From NCBI RefSeq assembly GCF_000981445.1, contig NC_027218.1:3100001-3164000 (forward strand): a DNA stretch of 64,000 nucleotides, read 5' to 3'. Source of the stretch: Babesia bigemina (lineage: Eukaryota). Below, in pieces: positions 59,501 to 64,000 of this stretch. How positions within the stretch are numbered: the first letter of the stretch is position 1; the number at the start of each line of letters is the position of its first letter. A model generated the notes under the pieces. The model had not been told where the DNA came from. It saw only the letters and a program-made list of their open reading frames with translations, and made no database searches. The position numbers and the translations under genes were made by a program.

Positions 59501-61909
59501 CTCACCGAGTTACTCGCCTACCTCAAGGACTATGATGACGGTGCCGACAGACTCACCGAGCTGGTTGAGAGGCTGACCAAGGCGCTGAGTAATTTGGTGC
59601 CCTCCGACTTCAAGCACCCGTCCACTCCGCTGCTGGACACTGTCTCTCGCGGTCTCAACAAATTTGCCGCTGAGTTCTACAACACGTACATCTCCGCCTA
59701 CTCGGGGCAGCGGTGCAGGGAGGAGCACGCCCACAAGTACGCCAAGGTGTTACTGAGTAGGATACCTATGACGTACAATGCGCTTACCAAGTTGGCGACG
59801 AAATGTGAAGGTGAGTGGAAACCTCTTCATATTAGTATGTTGACAACTGACGACAGGGACAACGCACTTGGCAACTACCTCACCCGGTGCGGCTACAGGG
59901 TGTCTAGTAACTATGCTGTCCAGCAGGGTGAGTTGCGGTGTGATATGCTGGGAGGAGGAATATATGAGTTATTAGTATCCCCGATTCCAGATGTGTCCAT
60001 AGAGTTGATGGTTGACGGTGAGCCGATAAAAAACGGAATTACCTTGTACCACATCATATCGCTGCTCTACGACGCCCTATGCAACTACTTCCAAGCCTGC
60101 CACATCTATGTTCCTCCTAAGCCACGATACCCGTGCACAGTCAAAGACATGCTGTCTTGGCTCTCCGGGCTGCAGTATACACGTATTGCTGACAATCTGC
60201 CTGACCACTGCAAGGCGTTGCTCAACCGCCGGTGCCACGATGGCGACACCCCCAACAGGGACGATCCCATCATGGGCAAGTGCATTGAGAGCCTGCCATA
60301 TACCATCGCAGCAACATGTTCACGCTCCACTGCCCTGCTCACCGTTATCCAGGGCAACGGCCACGGCTTCGACCTCGCCGCCTACCCGTATTCGGTGGAC
60401 TTCTCCAACAACCGTGCCAGGCTCCACTACCCGGCTAACCCTGCCGAGCTGCTTGATATGCTACGTGATATAGCATGCCGCCTGTGTAAAGTGCTCTACT
60501 TCCTGTACTCCCAGTGCTGCCGCAGCACCACCCGGGTCGGGGGGTGGCGGGAGTGCACGTACGGTCGGCAGATACAGTCACACAACTGGCAGTGTAAACA
60601 ATTCACTACTTACTCTAGTATCAGTACAACTGCTGCGGCAACAACTACAACTTCCTCCACCACCACCTCCAATCCCGGCTGCCCGCACACCTCGCCGCTC
60701 CAGTCGTTCCTCTCCGACAGCTGTCACGGACTTCTGCCGCATACCCTAACTGCTGTTAACATGGCCATCGATTGTGCCAACTGCAAAGCCAATGAATTTG
60801 GCCAGCAGTGCCTCACTCCGCTCGGCTTCTGGGACCTGGGATTTGCTGCTTCGATAACTGTCACCGGCTGGGATCTCGCCAAGCGCCTCGGCGATATGTG
60901 CCGTGACGCCGACGCCTGCCTGTTCGTGCTCTATCGGACTCTGTCTTTGCTGTGTCCCACTGCACCCTCATCACTCGCCGACGTGTTTGCATTGTATGCT
61001 CAGGTGCTACGGCAGTGGGACCCTCATGACCGTGTTGAGCACCGTGGCGGCACGTACACCGACGCCTCCGATTTCATCTCTCACCTCAACACCGACGGCA
61101 TCGACAGCCTCTTCCCACTATGGACACAGCTCCATGGCAGCTATGACAACAATACGCTCACCACTGCCATCTCATCGCTCGCCGGCCATGACCATAAAAG
61201 CCACGATGCGTTGTCCAGCCTCCTCAACGACTCCACTTGCCAGTCACCCAGTGGATGCACTCCCTACCTCCAACCCCTAGGACTCCACGCCCACCACTCC
61301 TACCCGAAGAAGCACGCCGTGCTATACATCACGTGGATAATGTACCTGGTATGGCAGTTATGGGGGTTGCTATGTGACTTACTCCACGCGCTGGACAACA
61401 TCGACTGCACGGCTTCTGGCTGCGCCACATGCCCCTGCCAACCCGGCACCCACGGTGGGAAGGACACCTGCCACTGCCCATCCATCGTCCAGTGCGCCGG
61501 ACCTCTGCCCACACTCTACCGTTACGGATTCACGTATCGCAACGCAAATCTCCTGGTCACTGACAATTATGCCATGCGCTGCGGTGACCTCAACACACAA
61601 CTCAAACAGGCGCTGCACTCCGGCCACTTCACTGAATTGTTTCATCAAATCGACCAACTCACATGGCACATCCGTATGCCTTTCCTCCACTGCTTCATTG
61701 CGCTGTGGTCTCTTGTAGCCCTGTACATACTCCACACCTTCCTCCACCGCATGGACGTACTCTACATCCGATCACATCTAATGACCACGAAGGCGTCTCA
61801 CCTCATCGACGTCAAGGCGCTACTCATCCCGAGCAGACAGATGCTGTCACTGTACGATGCTAGTTACTTCGACGACGACCCCAACGAGCTGCTCAACTTA
61901 AGATATTAA
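53550..61909 (+). pseudogene. ves-related coiled-coil ('extracellular matrix-binding ebh-like') family gene, disrupted
   Basis: ORFs at 53887, 54124 and 54568 share one frame and are separated by TAG at 54097-54099 and 54493-54495. A frameshift near 56500-56526 leads into the 1802-aa ORF. The 5' end is degraded and its boundary is approximate. The C-terminus has PCTVKDMLSWLSGL, a Cys-rich region, a TM helix and ASHLIDVKALL..LYDASYFDDD. Confidence 0.8.
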
Positions 61910-62051
61910 TTATCGCAGTTAAATTACGCATTGTACATTATGTGATTAGAAGTGCTTTGTTGTGTCTTTTGATGCTCTGTCGATTAGTTGTGAATGATGG
62001 TTTCGGTGTAACCTTCACCGCCACTGTGATCTCATGTATACCCATTACAAT

Positions 62052-62530
62052 GACTTAGTGAGTGACTAACCACCTGACCTAAGCGATGACCTAGTGAGTG
62101 AGCTAGTGACTGACCTAGTGAGTTACCTAAACGCTGACCTAAACCCTGACCTAGGCGCTGACCTAAACCCTGACCTAGTGAGTGACCTAAACGCTGACCT
62201 AGTGAGTGAACTAAACGCTGACCTAGGCGCTGACCTAAACCCTGACCTAGTGAGTGACCTAAACGCTGACCTAGTGAGTGAACTAAACGCTGACCTAGGC
62301 GCTGACCTAAACCCTGACCTAGTGAGTGACCTAAACGCTGACCTAGTGAGTGACCTAGTGGGTGACCCAGGCGTAGACCTAGTGCGTGACCTAAACCCTG
62401 ACCCAGTGAGTGACCTAAGCGTCGACTTAGTGCGTGACCTACGCTTTGACCTAGTGACTGACCTACGCGTTGACCTAGTGACTGACCTACGCGTTGACCT
62501 AGGAGCTGACATATTGCCTCACCTAAGGTT
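62052..62530. repeat. 12-bp satellite (TGACCTA + 5 variable nt) with 72-bp higher-order unit and telomere-like CCTAAACCCT units
   Basis: Units TGACCTAGTGAG, TGACCTAAACCC, TGACCTAAACGC and TGACCTAGGCGC. CTAGGCGC recurs at 62151, 62223 and 62295 (period 72). Confidence 0.95.
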
Positions 62531-62923
62531 TAACCAAATGTCTGTCTTTACTGCTCAATCTACACCTACAATCCCTACTGTTAATACCACATTGCTACCA
62601 CTCTCCACTCTCTCACTCCAGCATGGCTGCCTTGAGGCCTTCTCTCCTCAGGTGAGTGGTATGTCTATAGGATTCGTGTGATGGTTCGCAAATTTAGCAA
62701 TATGGTTTAGGTGTGTCATTGTCTTAGTATGATGCGTATTGTAGTCACTCTGCGTCTTACTTCATAGCCCTTTCAATCAGCCCACTTAGTTGTCTGCCCT
62801 GCTGTATTAAGCGGCGTCACCTTAGAGGTGTGATGACTCTTGTGTTTCCCAGTTCACATAGTCCTGGAGGCTGGCAGTGGTGATTTGTAGGAGTGAATTA
62901 GTGGGTGATTGGAAGAGGACAAA

Positions 62924-64000
62924 ATGGCGGTGAAGGGTAACGTTCCTGAGTTCAAGACTCTTAAAGAGTGCTTGGAATTCTTGGAGTGGTTGAGGAAGAA
63001 TAATGATATGAAAGGCCGGGTGTCCAATCGACTAATTAGGCTTCTTAAAGATAGATATAAGGAAGCAAAACAAGGTGACATTGAACACGCACTTTCGCAA
63101 TTTCTCAACATAGTTAATACGTTTCACGCGAAATTATGTAAAAAGGCAGAGCCAGCGAAATATAAGCGTATTAACGCCGTAGAAGCCCTAGAAGCTCTGA
63201 TCCAGTGCATTCCCAAATTTCTCTCCGTAATGTACTTCTTGCAATATCAGGTTGATAGGAGGTTCAGTGCAGTGGGAGGAGGGAAGTGGGCGAACCTACA
63301 GGTTGGGATGCTTGACCTGTACGCTAGGATTGTTAGACAGCCGGATCAACTTATGCAACATGCTACTGCTATCGAGAAGTACTTCGTTACGCGAAACGGC
63401 AGTGAGTACGGTGTTATTCCTGGAGGATTCTATCCAGGCGATCTGAAGCCAATTAGTCAAGGTGGCTATTCCGAAGGTCATCTTATGGTAAATGACCTTG
63501 GAACGCTTTTAGACAAGCATTCCAATCCCAACAATCTGTTCCGAGATGTCTTCGTCACGTCGGTAGTGTCGAAGAATTCCTCCGTTGAGACATCGAACGT
63601 AGCCAACGCTATCCGCTTGGTGGAAGACTTCTGTGGGATATTTAGAGATGTCAAAGATGAGCAAGATTTTAAAAACAATCTGCAATCGAGGAATAATTGT
63701 ATTTCTTGGTTAGAATTAAAAGACCATTGCATAAAACTAAAAGGACCTCTCGAAAAAATTTTCAAAAACGACCGATTTTCTTTCACCGGATATGCGCGAA
63801 TATATAAATACCTTAACAAAGAGAAAATTGCTACGAAGATGGCAAAGTGGCTGAAAAATAATTTAGAGGCGTTGAGAAGAACATTGGCGGGAATTAGGCC
63901 GGAGCAGAACGTCAATAAGTTTGCCATCACATATCTATTCCCCTACGGATTCACATTTAATGGTTACAATTTTGGAACTCGGACTAATTCGTATAAAGCT
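62924..64000 (+). CDS. Third 'ribosome-binding protein 1-like' ves-related gene (3'-partial; absent from the ORF track)
   Basis: Hand translation from ATG 62924 is open to the window end: MAVKGNVPEFKTLKECLEFLEWL..CIPKFLSVMYFLQYQVD..GGGKW..GVIPGGF..FRDVFV..SNVANA..CISWLELKDHC..FSFTG..YLFPYGF. Confidence 0.88.
   Translation, partial: MAVKGNVPEFKTLKECLEFLEWLRKNNDMKGRVSNRLIRLLKDRYKEAKQGDIEHALSQFLNIVNTFHAKLCKKAEPAKYKRINAVEALEALIQCIPKFLSVMYFLQYQVDRRFSAVGGGKWANLQVGMLDLYARIVRQPDQLMQHATAIEKYFVTRNGSEYGVIPGGFYPGDLKPISQGGYSEGHLMVNDLGTLLDKHSNPNNLFRDVFVTSVVSKNSSVETSNVANAIRLVEDFCGIFRDVKDEQDFKNNLQSRNNCISWLELKDHCIKLKGPLEKIFKNDRFSFTGYARIYKYLNKEKIATKMAKWLKNNLEALRRTLAGIRPEQNVNKFAITYLFPYGFTFNGYNFGTRTNSYKA

Noticed and set aside
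62052..62530. CRISPR-like repeat/spacer array
   Set aside because: Eukaryotic context, 7-bp constant plus 5-bp variable units are far too short, and there are no cas genes.
62094..62681. 195-aa ORF (DLNPDLVSDL..) and its antisense ORF
   Set aside because: Products of a stop-free 12-bp satellite; GTG start and no coding features.

Overview
Eukaryotic, gene-dense DNA with many short (mostly ~30-50 nt) GT-AG introns, almost certainly from an apicomplexan piroplasm (Babesia sensu stricto; B. ovata/B. bigemina-like, inferred from the multigene families). A ~41 kb housekeeping block (~4.4-45.5 kb) holds COQ5, UFSP2, an RlmL/THUMP-type RNA methyltransferase, a MINDY deubiquitinase, WDR12/YTM1, a PHD+SET histone methyltransferase, the DNA polymerase epsilon catalytic subunit, a secreted hypothetical protein, a CPW-WPC protein, SNF1/AMPK alpha, HAS1/DDX18, an RBM5/10-like protein, TFIIH p34, ERD2, an ABHD-like pseudohydrolase and ROMO1. 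This block is bracketed by large, essentially intronless ves-related surface-antigen genes. Three belong to the 'ribosome-binding protein 1-like' family (two run off the window) and one is a coiled-coil 'ebh-like' pseudogene. A 12-bp telomere-like satellite lies near the right end. The most striking observations are (1) a tandem NQGKKAEGAQ decapeptide matching the mammalian RRBP1/p180 ribosome-binding repeat, plus collagen-like Gly-X-Y runs, inside a parasite variant antigen; (2) a SETvs-like methyltransferase between variant genes; (3) a candidate intronic H/ACA snoRNA; (4) a hydrophobic 32-aa uORF; and (5) a hydrolase lacking its catalytic Ser and His. Exon boundaries were inferred by eye, no database searches were run, and family assignments rest on recalled motifs.
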